64,000 bases of DNA from Octopus sinensis. Its lineage: Eukaryota. Made by a program: the position numbers and the translations under genes. The stretch is taken from contig NC_042997.1 in the NCBI RefSeq assembly GCF_006345805.1, positions 106,516,001-106,580,000 on the forward strand, written 5' to 3'. Below, piece by piece: positions 12,443-27,400 of the stretch (the first letter of the stretch is position 1; every line of letters starts with the position of its first letter). The notes beneath the pieces were generated by a model. The model made no database searches, had not been told where the DNA came from, and was given only the letters and a program-made list of their open reading frames with translations.

Positions 12443-15400
12443 CATATGAATTTTTTGTGTAATAGACAGAAGGTCTTACAGCTGTTTCTAGAATATTAAT
12501 TAATAATAATAATGGTGTCTGAATGACACCATTATCTCTTGTAACCTCAACTTCTCGCTATATATATACACTACCGTCAGAAATTAATTAGCACCCTTGA
12601 TTTGCTCTTTACTCAAGGTATGTACTGTCACCTAGTGGCCATATCTCGAACTATTGCTTTGTTGCGAGTTCACTGTTGCGCAGAACGATGACGTAACTTT
12701 GTTTGCAGAGCAGTTTGAGAGTCTACAGCCTTATGATGTTGACATAGTAGCGCAACAACTTGGAGTGCGGATGCAGACAAATCTTCCTTTGTTTAATAGA
12801 TATAGGTAGCGCCTCGCAAGGACCGAAATCACACCATACTAAGTTTTCTCATCGCGTAAGACGTTTTGAACAGCTCATAAGGTTAATTGATTTAACCTAT
12901 TTAATGTAGAAATTTGAGAAGTGCTAATTAATTTCTGACGCAAGTGTATACATATATATATTTATTGGGTAAAAAAGTTGTCAGAATTTTGGAAAAAATT
13001 CTTTTATATTTCTTCATTATTATTATTAGCGCTTTCATTCCTTTCAAGAACTTGTCAAATAGAATTATGTGAATGTACAAACAGCTTGTTCATTTATATA
13101 AAATAGATGTTTAGATGTTTTGTTTTTTTGAGGGGGAGTGTAGAGAAGAGAATATTGTTATTGTTTTTTTGGGTGAGGTTCCATGACACTGGAGATGGAT
13201 AGATAGAAATATAGGCTGATAGGTAGGCAGGAAGATGGCTGATAGGTAGGCAGGCAGGGGGAAACAGAGAGAGAGGAGTTTCCACCTTCCTATTCACCAT
13301 TCATTTATTTATTTATCTAGTCCTTTACCATTGTATTGGAATGGGTTTATGGATGGTGACCTGTTCATAAAAAAAAAAAAAGCAGGTTCGGTTTGGTCAT
13401 CACATTTTCATAAGTTTTGAATTAAAATCTTCAACCAAAACTTAGTCACAATTTATGTTCTTAACACTAGCTGAATGATGACTAAGTTATTTTACTAAAT
13501 TCTTTGTTGTATTTAAAGTAACTGAAAGAAATACAGAGCAACTCAAAATAAATACAGTAACAAAAGGGTTAAAGATGTATCCATAAGTACTTGCTCCATT
13601 TCAAAGATAATCTGCCATAAGCTTTCTTAAATGAAATAATGAAACATTGAGTGCTTTATTGATATATGCCTGGACTGTTTAATCCCTTTTACTTGTCATA
13701 TAATCTATTATTCTCTATTACTAATGGAGTGAATCCTTACATCTGTGCTTTTAACACTAGAAATAACAGCCAAATATCCATCAGACGACACCTAACAACT
13801 TAAAAATTTTAAAGAGATGTTGTCATAGAAATATTGTGGTTGAATCAGAGACAATGTTCACAACTGTCACACTTCTGATCCTATGTCCACTCAAAAATAA
13901 AGCTGAGTTAGGGCTAAACAAAAACAAGAGTAACAATTTACCTTTAAAATAGAGAGGAGATTTTTCACTTTCCTTCCTCCAGTTACAGTGAACATCAAAA
14001 CACGGATCATCTTCGTACTTGATCTGTTGAGGAAAAACACCACTAAGTTATGATATCTGGATTAAGTAAATACTTTGATACAAAGTAAAAAGAAAGAGAA
14101 GAAATAATAAAAAAAGAACAGTATTAATATGATGTGAAATATAAATTTATCGAATAGCTAAAGTTCAAGTACATTATATTGATGGCAGCATTAATTCATA
14201 TACTCAGGTATTAGATCTGAAACCAGTGACTGAGCTTGTGCCAGTGCCTGAAGTGACTGTCCAGGCCAAATGTGGTATAGAAGAGCCTTATTGCAGGTGA
14301 AGTTGGCCTCAGGCACCAGACCATGCAGAGCCCCCAAATTCCGTTTTCAGGACCAGTTCAAGACCACTCTCTTCTGCTGCTCCATTGACACAAATACCTG
14401 GGAGACAGTTGCCAAGGACTGCTCAAAGTGGCAGTATGTCATCATTTAGGGAACAGACATGATGGAAAATAACAGGCAGAGATCAAGCACCAAAGATGCA
14501 AAGAGTAACATTAGATCAACAAATATAAAAGTTTCATGAAGCTGTATGGTCATGTGGTTTGTATGTTGCATTCAAGATCATAATCTGGATTTGATTCTTG
14601 AACTGGGCTGCACATTTTTTCATTGAACATGGTACTTCATTTCACAATGCTCCAACCAACTCAGCTGAAATGAGTGGCACCGAGTCCCCTCTTCTTTGAT
14701 ATTTCATTCTATTATGGGTGAGAGGACCAAGAAAGTGTCTAGGTCTGCTCATAATTTAGATAACTTAGATTGATTTCGGCCATTATCGTCCCAGGCCATG
14801 ACTAACTCAATAGCACCACCTGGAAAAGTGTTTTAGTTAATTATTTCGGGACACCATGGACCACTCAAGCAGAGAGTTGTTGTTGGTTGAGAAGTATCCA
14901 GGTGTAGGTGGTTTATCCAGTATATCCTGGAGGAATTTGTCCAGGTATTGTCTGAAAGTTGTGGGGTCTTTTCCTACTTTAATTTCTTTCAGAATAACAT
15001 TGAAAAGAGCAGGACAATTTGCAGTGAAGAAATTGTGTCGCAATGTTCTTATGTGATGTGATCTCGACCTTTGTAGGGGACACATTACACAGGGGCCTAG
15101 TCTTGGGTGAATTGTAAATATAATACCGATGTCATTTAGATAATATTGGTGGAATATTTTCCACATGGTGCAAATAATGTATCGCTCACGGCGACGTTAC
15201 AGACAGTAGAGTTTCAGCTGTTTAAATTAAGCACAATAATCAAGTTCCATCATACTGTTTATTTTTTTGGTGATTGATTTTTGTGGCACTTCGATCCTCG
15301 CTATGTCTTGTTTTGTGTAGAGGGACCACAATGGGCAGCAGTATTCAAGGTGGGGGCCTAGCGAATGTGGAGAAGAGAAGGATGATGGTTTCATGATCCC

Positions 15401-18400
15401 TAGATTGAAAAGTTCTAAGGATCCATGAGTACATTCTGCAGGCAACATCGACTTTTTTGTTGATGTGCACATTCCAGCTAAGGTTGCTGTCGACAGTTAC
15501 ATTCAAGTCTCTGATACTATCTGACGGTAGTGTATATGGTTGTTTGAGTGTGCCCCCTTTTCCAAAGTGGATGAGCTCAAATTTTTCCTTGTTCAACTGC
15601 ATATTCCTTTTTTATGCCCACTGGGTTACTGCACATAAGTCTGATTGAAGCATCATTTGATCATATGCTCCCTTGATGACTTTCTGGAGCTTAGGGTCAT
15701 CTGCAAATATTTTAATGGTGCTATGTTCAATGGAATTGGCAATGTCAGTGATAGAGACAATAAAAAGAAGTGGATGCAGCACAGTACCCTGAGAGACTCC
15801 ACTGATGACTTTTGCTGGTCTTGAGTGGATGCCATCAACCACAACATGCTGGGTCCTGTTTGTTAGGAAATACCTAATCCATTGAAGTAGCTTTCCACCG
15901 ACTCCAGCATTGGATAATTTCCTTAACAGTATATTGTGGTCAACTCTGTCAAAGACCTTGCTGAAATCAAGGTATATGACATCCGCGTTGGAGCCCTCAC
16001 TTAGTGCATTTAAGATGTCATCAAAGTGGTGGAGGAACTGTGTTGGACAGTCCCTCCCACCATGAAAGCCATGCTAGTTGCAATTTAGGAGATGATTTCG
16101 TTCTAGGAAGGCTGTTATTCTTGATCTCAACACTCTCTCAAATACTTTGATGATATGTGAGGTGAGTGAGATTGGACAGTAGTTTACAGGGAGTGATCTA
16201 TTTCCCTTTTCAAAGATAGGAATGACTGACTGGGAGAGGTTTTGAGGGATAAAACCGCCATTCATTGATTTCCTCCAGAGATTTGCAAGAGGAGCAGCAA
16301 GTTGCTGTCTGTATTCCTTCAGCACGCTAGCAGGGAACCTATCTGGACCCACTGCTGAATCAGGTTGGATTTCTTTTACTGGTGCTAGGATATCAGTGGC
16401 GTTGAAGGTTATGTTGGAAAGGACATGCTGAGGATTCAAAGAAGCAAAGCTGCTTGAGTCAACTGAATCAGGGTCACTGAAGACAGAACAGTATTGACTT
16501 TGCAGGATCTCAGCCATGTCTTTGGCATCACTGTGAAGAAATGCTGTTTCTGTCAACCAGTGGGCCAATAGAGGAAACTGTGGTCCTACGTGTTTTTGCA
16601 AAGGAGTAAAAGACCTTAGGATTATTCTTGATATTTTTAATAGCCCAGCCTTCCTCTGCAGCTCTTTGGTCATTTATGAGAGTTCTCATACAGTCCTGCA
16701 GTTGTTGCTTCTTTGATTCCAAGGTTGTTAATGTTCACAATTGGGGCTGCTGCTGAAGATGGTATTTTAGAGTATTGATTTTTCGGTTTATTCTTTTTGT
16801 TCTCCTGGTGAGCACTTATCTCTGTTTTGGAATCCTGCATCTATTGGGCTATATGGTTAACTAAAACAATTAACAGAAGCATGGCATGTGCTTGCAAGGG
16901 GTTGGGTGAGAAGTATTAAAGTTTACACTCATTATACTAAAGTTTTGGTCCAAATGTATTAAGCAAAAACTTAAGTATATTAAAATTTAAATTCAAGTAT
17001 CATCGCTACCACCACCATTATTTAACATTCACTTTTCTGCGCTTGCATAAGTCAGATAGAATTCATCAAGATAGAGATTTTCGACAGCCAGATGCCCTTC
17101 CCGTCACCAAGCCTCACCTACTTCCAAGCAAGGTAATATTTATTTTCCATGGCCAGACATGATTTTCACAGATGACTGGAAATAACAAACTCACTTGTAT
17201 GATGGTGATGCTCATTTACAACCATCATGATGACAATACAAAAGCTACACACACACACACACACTTACCATATATGTATATATATAGTGTTCAATTTATA
17301 GGAAAGATCCAGGAGATTGATTATAAGGTAGCTAAATGTTGCTTAAGTGTCCCAGCAATCAATGGTCACACTTGTGTGAGATTTGATTCCGGAGAGAAGC
17401 GAGATGTATAATACATAGGAAAAATTTAAAATGGAGACAAATGCGCAAGATGTTATTAAATCAATTATATCTTCATATCATCAAAATGAGTTAATAACAT
17501 CTAGAGCATTTGTCTCCATTTTCAATGTTTCCTATATATGTACACGTATGTATATTTGAATGAAAAGAAGAATTCTTTAGCACATCTTTATAAATGTTTC
17601 CGTACCATTTGCAACATCAGTTTACGTAAAAATTCAAAAAGAAAAAAAAAAGTAATATTTGTGGTTTTAGACATTGGAGAGGCACTTTTTCAGACTTGCA
17701 TCAAAGACATGCTGTCACATTCTATGTCTATCAGACGTCGTTGATAGGAAAATATTGGGGGGGGGATAAAAAAAAGATTAAAAAAAAGTATGTGGGACAA
17801 GTATGTGAGCATGGGGTGGATTAAGAGGGTGGATACACATAATAGAAGAATAAGGTGGTGGTGATGATGATGATGATGATATAGTGGGTAGTGGTACATA
17901 TAGCAGAACAGTTTATCTAGACTGATATCTTTGCAGGGGAACCATTCCACAAGGTAAAAAAAGGCTGTAAGCGGGGTTAAGTTGAGTGTGTATAGCGGCA
18001 ATTACACAAAATATGTATATATGTATACATGCAAAATAAGAGAAAGCAAAAAGAGGATACTTTCAGATGATGAATTTTTAAGCATGAACATATAGATATT
18101 TATAGAAATAGATTCAACTCACACAGAGTACAAACAACAGAGAAAATTAAAGCGGTGGAAGAAAGGTGTTATAAGTTCAACAACAGATGAACTACATTTA
18201 CCTACCAACATTATTATGGATCTCCAAACCCCCAGAAACAGCTGTTGGACTTATAATTGCCGCGCTCTCTCCCCACCCCTATACACACACACACACGCAC
18301 ATATATATATATATGACACACCTCTTACAGTTATTTTCAACTAGCAGTGTTAGGATCAGGAAAGAAAAATGCACAAAAAGTTATTTGGCTAGAAAAGGGA

Positions 18401-21400
18401 GAAATAAAGCAAACAGTATAATACATAATGAAAAAAGGATATATAAAGTAATTTGATGAAACAGCACATTACTTCATACTACGTACTTGGATTTCATCTC
18501 TAGATTACATTGTTTCAGAAACCAGTCAGCACAGGCCTATCAAAAATATAGAGAGGGATACATGTCATATAAAGTTCTAATTACTGTTTTAAAGACTAGA
18601 TTTTCACCTAAAACAGAAATTCATACATTGGAATTGTGTTAATTTTGACAAATGTAGTTTGAAGGTGGTATGGAATAGAGTATTAAAATGGAAAGGAATG
18701 ATGAGGATTTAAAAATGATCCAATAGTAATTTTAAGACAAAATAAGTTACAGCAATGCCTAAATTGCTTTTCAGATTAGACACATTTCCATTGCAGTCAT
18801 TCTGGTATCATTCTAAACCTATTTTGATGCAGAAAACCCTGTCGTTGTTGTCATAGGAATACAGTGACAGTGACTTCTAAACTGTATGATGCCCTATTCT
18901 ATACCTATAAATAAAAATAGAAATGTCATACCAGGCAACAGTTCAGATACATGTTCAACATATTTGGCCAAATATTCTAGGTATTTAAGAAACAATGTGA
19001 TAAAAATTAGGTGTAGGAACAATTATATTTAATCTTTCATATTAATTTTTCCTGTTTTTCAGGTGGTCAGAATATGCATCAGAATAACTGAGCTTAGGCT
19101 AATATCATAGGAAATAGGACAGCAACAGTGATTTCTGCTTATGCGTTACTGTTAGAACTGACAGACAAGGAAAGGACTGCTACCAAGAGGTTTCCAGCAG
19201 ATTACCTCAAAATTTGTAAACGAAACAAGGTTCTAATAAAATAGAGAATGATACAGTGGTAGAAATGTACTGTAAAGAAACAGAAAAACCAAGAGGCAGA
19301 CTGGAAAAGGACAGAAGGAAGGAGAACACAAGAAATGATATTAAGTAGATTGAAGATAAACTAAACATCAGGCATACCTAGTAAGAAGAGATGTTGAAAG
19401 TAAGAGATTAACCAATATTCTATGTTGTGAGAAACAAGCATGAGTTCTTTCTGGATTGTGAGGCAATGTGTCAGTGTAAATTGAGATGTCATTGTTGAAA
19501 AGTGTGTTACGGAGTATTAACATCACACTCTGATGCTGAGAAGGAGGTAAGGAAATGCTACTATGAGAGATTATTGTAAGTACAATACATGGAAGAGAGT
19601 CCCTGACCAGACACAATAGAGAGACTTGATACTGAAGTTGATAACTATACAACTGAAAGGGCTTTTTATGGATACAACAGCTGGGAAAGCAACTAGACTA
19701 TCAAGAGTAACCTCCAATGTTGAAAATATCCGCCGAAATAGGACATACAAGTCAATTTCATTGTAATTCAAATAGTACAGGGAACTTCTATTTCCATGCT
19801 CCCAGGCACAGAGGCCCTTAATCATGCAATGTTACTCAACATGCAAACACTACTAAGTGAAACCCAGCTGTGCTGATCTGGTCAGATGGCCAGAATAGAT
19901 GACATATGACTTCCAAAACATCTTTTCCACAACAAGTTGGTAGAGGAGAAAAGTTAGGTCAGTAGGCAGCTCAAACTCATTTAGACCACAAGGATTCCAG
20001 AATCCTTGAGTCACAGAATCCTAGAGTCACAGAATCCTAGAGTCACAGAAGATTCTTGTATCAGAAAGATCTACCTGATATAGTTTCATAATCAAAAGTG
20101 TATTATTGTTAGGACAAGGCAGGGGCAGATGAGCTGAGCAGAAAAAAGAGAGGAGATGATCCAGAGCTTTTTGTGCAAGGGCAAAAAAGAATTTGTCAGT
20201 TACTACCAGACATATCCATAAATAAAATCATGGCTATCATCCATATGGATGGACAAATAAGGAAGACCACCAATGATTAAGACAGTGACTGCATCTTCAA
20301 CTACTAAATAAAGCAAAGGAGATGCTCTAGAAAGGAGCAGCTACAGGGACACTAAATTGATATATCAGGTTATGAAAGTAACAGAAATAATTATAGTGCA
20401 GCTAATCATAAAATATATAACTTAAATATTTGGGTTTGTGCCAGGAGAGAGAACCACTGATATCTTTGCTGCTAGTGAAAAAACTGTAGTTCTTAAATAA
20501 GAGAAAAACACACTACCTAATATTCATTAGGCTAAAGAAGGCTTCTGATAGAGTATAATATTTTGGTGGTCCCTAAGGAAACTTGTGTAGCAATATTGCT
20601 TTCTGCACTGTTTGAGAAAAATATTAAGAATGATCTCGTTTGAGATTACAAACATCTTTGGCTAGTTTAACCTTGTTGTGTCCACTATTCTGATTGGTTA
20701 GCATCTAAGCGCAGTCTGTCTCTACTTATTTCGTGCCAGTGTGTAAACTGACCAATCACAGCTTTCGGATAGGACTTTTCATTTGAGCCATCTTAACTCT
20801 TTAAATAGGCTGATCATATCACGATTCAACATCTTTCGGCTTAAGACCTTTTAAGATCTTAGTCCGAGACCACACAGAGCTTACTCAACCATGTTCCAGT
20901 TCGAAAGGCAGACGACAGCCAAGCCAACCATAATATGAAGACGCTATTGTAAACCAGCGACAGACATAACGTCATCACCAACATTGTCTCCATCTACGAA
21001 AACTCATGCTGTTAGTGTGAAAATCTCACCACGGAAAAACAGTTGCAGTATATATATCTGAAAGAATATCTATATCAAGAGAAAAATATGCACAAGTGAC
21101 TCAACTAATCTCAGCTCTGAGACTCAAATCTTGTATAGAATTCATTATCGTGTACTACATGAACTTCATTTTAACTCAAAATGTTGAGACTTCTCTTATG
21201 CTCTGTTGTATTTGCATAAACCTTATTCTGTACTTCTTTCGCACACACGAACACATAGACACAAATATTATAAGCAGGCATTCATGACACAACACTACGC
21301 TAATAATAACAAATCACTTTGTACACTGTGAATAAAATCTATCTTCTCTTTATAAAAGTAGAACGGTTTTTGGAGTCCTTATTTCATATACTTTGGCACT

Positions 21401-24400
21401 GTTTATAAACATGTATTATGGCTTATATAACATTATGTTATGTTATGTCGGAATGCGGCCGGACGCTGTTGTACAAGAGGAGAAATATGTCGCCGAAACT
21501 CCTCACATGCGATCGTATTCTAACACTTGTGAGAGTCATGTAAATTATGTACAAGTACATTAGGTACAGTGATTTGCACTTATCTAAGAACTTCTAGAGT
21601 TTTCTCACAAATATCAAAGATGTCAGTGATTCTCTCTCCCGGCACAAACTCAAACTGCATCTCATTTAAGCTATCTTCTGATTAGCTGCACTGTAATGCT
21701 GTCTGCTACTTTCAGAACCTGACATATCAATTTAATGTCAACAAGATGAGAATTAATACTACATTCAGTGAAGAATTTAATATAGAAGGAAGTGTCCATC
21801 AGGGCTGTTCTCAGCCACTTCCTGTTTATTATAGCTATCCAGACATTAACAGAGAACTCCTGTATGCTAATGATCTAGTCCTCATAACCAAAATTTTCAA
21901 TGACTTGCTAGAAAATTTCCAAATATAGAAACAGGACTATAGGCCTAAAAATAAACCTATTGAGGATATAAAGTTTTACAGATCAAATGAATATATAAAA
22001 CTCTATAGACATCGAGGAAGTAGCCATGCACAATATACAGAAAAGAAGTAGCTTGAAATAATTTTATGCTGTGTACCATTGTGAAGTATGGTACACAAAA
22101 GATACAGTGTCTGACATAAATGGCCTTTGTATATAAAAGATGCATAGGCTTAATTAGTAGTTAGAATAGCCATCACATGAATTTTTTCAACACTCGTGAA
22201 GTTCTCTAGAAGTAGTATACAACTTCTGTTACTTAGGTGTCAAAATTAACAGTGGAGGCAGCTGCTGCAAAATCATAATAGGTAGAATAGTAAAATAAGA
22301 ACAAGGTGGAAAAAGTTCAAAGAACTATTACTTCTGCTGAGAACAAAGGGCTACTCTCTCTGAAAAAAAAAAAGCCAGAGTGTATGTTACATACACACAA
22401 AATAGGATACTTTGTGGAAGCAAATTATGGCCACTGAAAGTGGAGATGTGCAAAGGCATATATAAAATGATGTGAGTATACTCCACTGGATGTGCATAAA
22501 CAATGATGTGTATCCTAACTATCATATATCACACATTTGAAATAATGGCCTTCCCTTAGACAGCTGGTTCATCTGAATCCTTTTTTACCCTTCAACTCAT
22601 CATATTCATCATCATTATCCTCAAACGTCTGTTAAAGGACTATAACCAAAGAAATAGTGATGGAGACTGACTGAAGCAGTTGAACTTCACAAAGATGATG
22701 ATGGATAGCAACAAATGACAAAATATTGTGTGGAAGAAAACTTCTCATCCATACAAACAGTAAAATCAACATGAAAATAATGATGATGATGGTGGTTTAA
22801 CCCTTTTGGTAACAACCCCACTAAGAACATCCTTAGTTCTATGATAGAAACTTACTGTTTTTAAATGATCTAAATTAAAAACCTCCCATCAAAATTTCAT
22901 ATGAAGTTATGTTCCTTATACCAACTCAATAATAACAAAATTATCTTACTAAATTCTTCAATATTTTCAAAATTAATTAAAAGAAAGGCAATATATTTTA
23001 ACAGAAATATGGTAATAAAAGGGTTAATGTTACAATAGAAATGAGGTTTCTTCTTACTTTCATGCTCTCCTCAGTGTGAGCACCATCCAAGTAGAAACTC
23101 ACCGATTCATGTTTTATAATTTGCAATCGACCAGGTATGTGACAGGTCTTAATTCCTGCAGAGAAAGGCAACCAATGATTAGAATATGAATTTATTTCAA
23201 CCTGCCATACCCAAGTCAATATTCTTAATATGAGATGCTTGATCTTAACATTCTTACTGAACTCTGAATTATATATGTCATCAACTTTCCTAATCTCACA
23301 AGGAATTGGTCAGTTCAGAGCTATAAAAGATGACATGTCCACGATGTTGAACCCAAAACTACAATGTTGCAAAACAAACTTCTCAATTATACATGTCAGC
23401 AACAATGAAAATCTTTTCAGGTAGAACATTTATTCATAAAAAGGAATCTTTCAAAGAATTTTTTAGACATGTTCCCTATACTAAAATGTGAGAGCAACAT
23501 TGTTAGACTTAACCATAACAGAGATGAGAAAAGAGAGCTCTATATAAGTAATGTATTTGATGGCATTATAAGACATACATTTTACCACCATCAAAAAAAT
23601 ATCTCAAAAAGTCACCCAAGTCCCATATGCAAAAGATGGACCACCCATAAGCTTTAACCCTTTAGCATTCAGATTACTTTGTCGAATGTAATACTTATTT
23701 ATTAACAGTTTTGAATTAATTATACATTATCTCATAGCTTTGGGGTTTTGATGATGTGATTGTTTATTTTTAGAATGACATCGCAGAGTAAGTGTGAGAT
23801 GTCAGATCTGGCCTGTTTAAACATAAATCAGCTAGAATATTTGGGCTAGATATGGCCTGTTTAAATGAGACTATTTTTCCTGAATATGCACTGCTGAAAT
23901 GAGGAGGAGGGCATCTAATATGCTCTCTTTTAGACAATGAAATATGAAACGTGAATATTATTTACATTTGACGGATATTTGACCTCATCTTGTTTGTTGC
24001 TGACATGTTTTGGCTGATATACCCTCCAGCCTTCATCAGGTGACTTGGGGAAATTTCAAACCTGGGTTCTCATTCCTAAGGTATTTTTCGATGTTGTTGT
24101 TGTTGTTATTATTATTATTATTATTATTCAGGTCACTGCCAGGAATCGAACTCGAAATTTTGGGGTTAGTAGCCCGCGCTCTTAACCACTACGCCATATG
24201 CCCATAATAATAATAACATTGAAAAATACCTTAGGAATGAGAACCCAGGTTCGAAATTTCCCCAAGTCACCTGATGAAGGCTGGAGGGTATATCAGCCGA
24301 AACGTTGCATTAACAACAAACATGATGAGGACAAATGTACATCAAATGTAAATAATGTACATAATTCCTCATCTGTTAAATATAGAACTGTATGAAACAT

Positions 24401-27400
24401 GAATGTTCATATTTTTTTTTAATGTCCATTTTCTAGGATAACATGAATTGGACAAAAGACTCATTTCAGGCAATATTTTATGGTCAGGTGTTCTTGTTGC
24501 CAAGCCTTTATCTATTTTACAAAAAAAGATTTCTCTTATTCCATAGATTTTTGAATAAAACAAAGCAACAGATCATAATGTCTACAACAAATGCAATATT
24601 AATGTTTTCCGCTCAGTCAATGACAAGCAATGCTGTAAGATATCAATAACTGCACGCACATGCACATATACATGCATTCATGTGCAATGAGCTTCCATAC
24701 ATTTTCTGTATAGCAGATTCACTCACAAGGCATTGGTCAACTCAAAGCTATAATAGAAAATGTGTGTGTGTGTGTATCCAAGCATGTGTGTGTGAGTGAA
24801 CATCTGCTTTCCAAGTTGGCAGGAATTGAAAAAGTTATCACAGTCAGTCAGTTCTTACTAGAAGTTACTGCTTGTAAAGATTAGAGCTCACATGTGTTGT
24901 TTAGCTTAGTTTCAACAAGTAGATAACCTTCCTATTGCCAACTACTTAACGGAGTGTATTGGATGCATTTTTTTTCATGGCAGCAACACAAAAGTACTCA
25001 GTGTCATAAGGTGTGTAGATTAAAAAAGGAAATACAAGGAACAATAACAGAAACTTGGAGATAACAAAATATTTACTAATGGTGGGATTCTATCAGTTCA
25101 GTACGGTAATAATTAAATATTGATCTGATTGCGACCTCAAGCCTTTAACAGCTTATTCAACCAGTTGAATAAGTTATTAATATGAAATTTGAGCTCCAAG
25201 TCAAATCAGTATTATCACTATACATTGTCATTCAACATCATTTTTTTCCATACTGGCATAGATTGAACAGTTTGACAGGAGCTGGCAAGTCAGCTCTACC
25301 ATCCGTTTTGGCCTGGTTCCTACAGCTAGATTCCCTTGGTGACCTCACCGGTGCTGGTGCCACATGAAAAGCACTCACTACACACTGTAAAGTGGTTGGC
25401 ATTAAGAAATATATCAAGTTGTAGAAATCATGTCAAGCAAATATTGGGGCTTGCTGGAGTCCTCTGGCTTGCCAGCTCCAATCAAACCATCCAACCTATG
25501 CCAACATGGAAAATGGACATTAAATGATTATGAGGAAGATGATGATGATGGTGGTGGTGGTGAATGCTTGATACAGTTACACTTTTTTTTTTCTTTAAGG
25601 ATTTGACTTTGAAGAGTAAAATTGGAAACTAAAAGTTCCATCAACACTAGCTGCGATAATGCATTCTGTTGATTATGGTATATTGCATCTGGACTTTTAA
25701 ATCAATAATTGACAAGACAAAAATAACATTTACCTCTAGTGAATTTGGAGAAATCTGGAAAGTCACAATCAAGAACTGGTAGGTTTGTTGACCCTAATTG
25801 GATATTGCAATCACTAAACCACTGTTTCCGAGAGTTCTCTGATAAGATTAGAGATAAAAGAGAGGGTATCAGATTATATAGGGGTAAAATGAGTCAGATG
25901 GTTATCTTCTAGCTTCAAATAAAGAAGACCACTAACACCAACATTTCAACATGCATGTAAACAAGAAAGCCTCTAAATCAGGCGTGGACAACCTTTTCCA
26001 AGAAGCAGGTCACTTTAGACATGATTCGTCATCAGACAGGCTACTCTACTAAAAAAAAATTCAAGGTATATTACCATTAGATATGCCATTCAGAAAGTCC
26101 TGAAAAACCACACATTTGCCCATGACTGCTTTAACCCTTTAGTGTTCAGATTAATCTGTCAAATGTAATAGCGGTATTTCATCTGCCGCTATGTTCTGAG
26201 TTCAAATTCCACTGAGATCGACTTTGCCTTTCATCCTTTCGGGGTTGATTAATTAAGTACCAGTTACGCACTGGGGTCGATATAATCGACTTAATCCATT
26301 TGTCTGTCCTTGTTTGTCCTCTCTTGTGGGTAGTAAAGAAATAGGTTATTTGTTCACATTATTTTGACTTATTGAAGTTCAAGAGGGGTGTCCACAATAT
26401 TTGCTTGTAACTTTGTTAATTTTTTTACATACAGATTTGAAATTTTGTGAATGGGTGCTTATATACCAGTGGTTTATAGTTACATAATTTTAGCTGATCT
26501 TTCGGATTAAATTTGACTTTTATGGGCAGGTAAATTTAATTAATAGGTGCAAAAACAATAACATTATAGATAAACACTAAAATTGAAATTCTTAATGCAT
26601 TTTACCTGTTTGATTTGTTACTAAAATTATACCAGATGTCAACCACTGACAATTTTGCCACTTTTCAAAATGAGGTACATTAATATGAATTAATTAACAT
26701 ACAGGTATAATCGGTTCAGGATTTTATTCTTTCTCTATATTTCATTGAAAATAAAGTATAAAACTCTTTTGCTAGTCAATATACCATTGGCTATGTACTC
26801 TTATACAATTTAATGAATACATTTACATAATAGAATGCATCTAATAAAAAAGCTCATTAGCAGGTGAAACAAAGGTGAATACAGATGTGTAACATACTGA
26901 AAATTAATATGTATTTCTCACTTTCATATATTATTTGTAATAAAATGAAAAGAATATATGATAGTATTACTATCAAACAACAAAACAGAGTTATGCCATA
27001 TTCCTATTGTGAAACTGTTCAAAGTACCCTTTACACAAGGGCACTTTGCAAAATGAACACATGTATGTGGTCTTGACCTGATGTCCTTTTGCAGTTTTTC
27101 TTTTTTACAGCGAACACAATCTGCAAACTTTTTTTTCCTCCATCTGTTTTTCCCACTTATTGGAAGCCAATATTTCTCTATTTACATCCACCTCAGTTAA
27201 TTTTGCTTTTCTCCCAGTTCTGTGCTTTCTGGAAGAAAAGCCATCATGTAACTGAGATGCAAAATCAACCCGAAATTTCAAATGGTCATAGTCCTTTGGT
27301 GGTGAAGGAACCTTGTAGCTTTTTACATAAACAATATATGAATTAACTATAGTTAGACATAATACTGGAGATATATGGATCACCATACCTTATCTCAGGA

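Noticed and set aside
24130-24203. tRNA gene candidate (also 55770-55905)
   Set aside because: It has A/B boxes but no complete cloverleaf, and it is fused to a repeat body, so it is treated as a SINE head.
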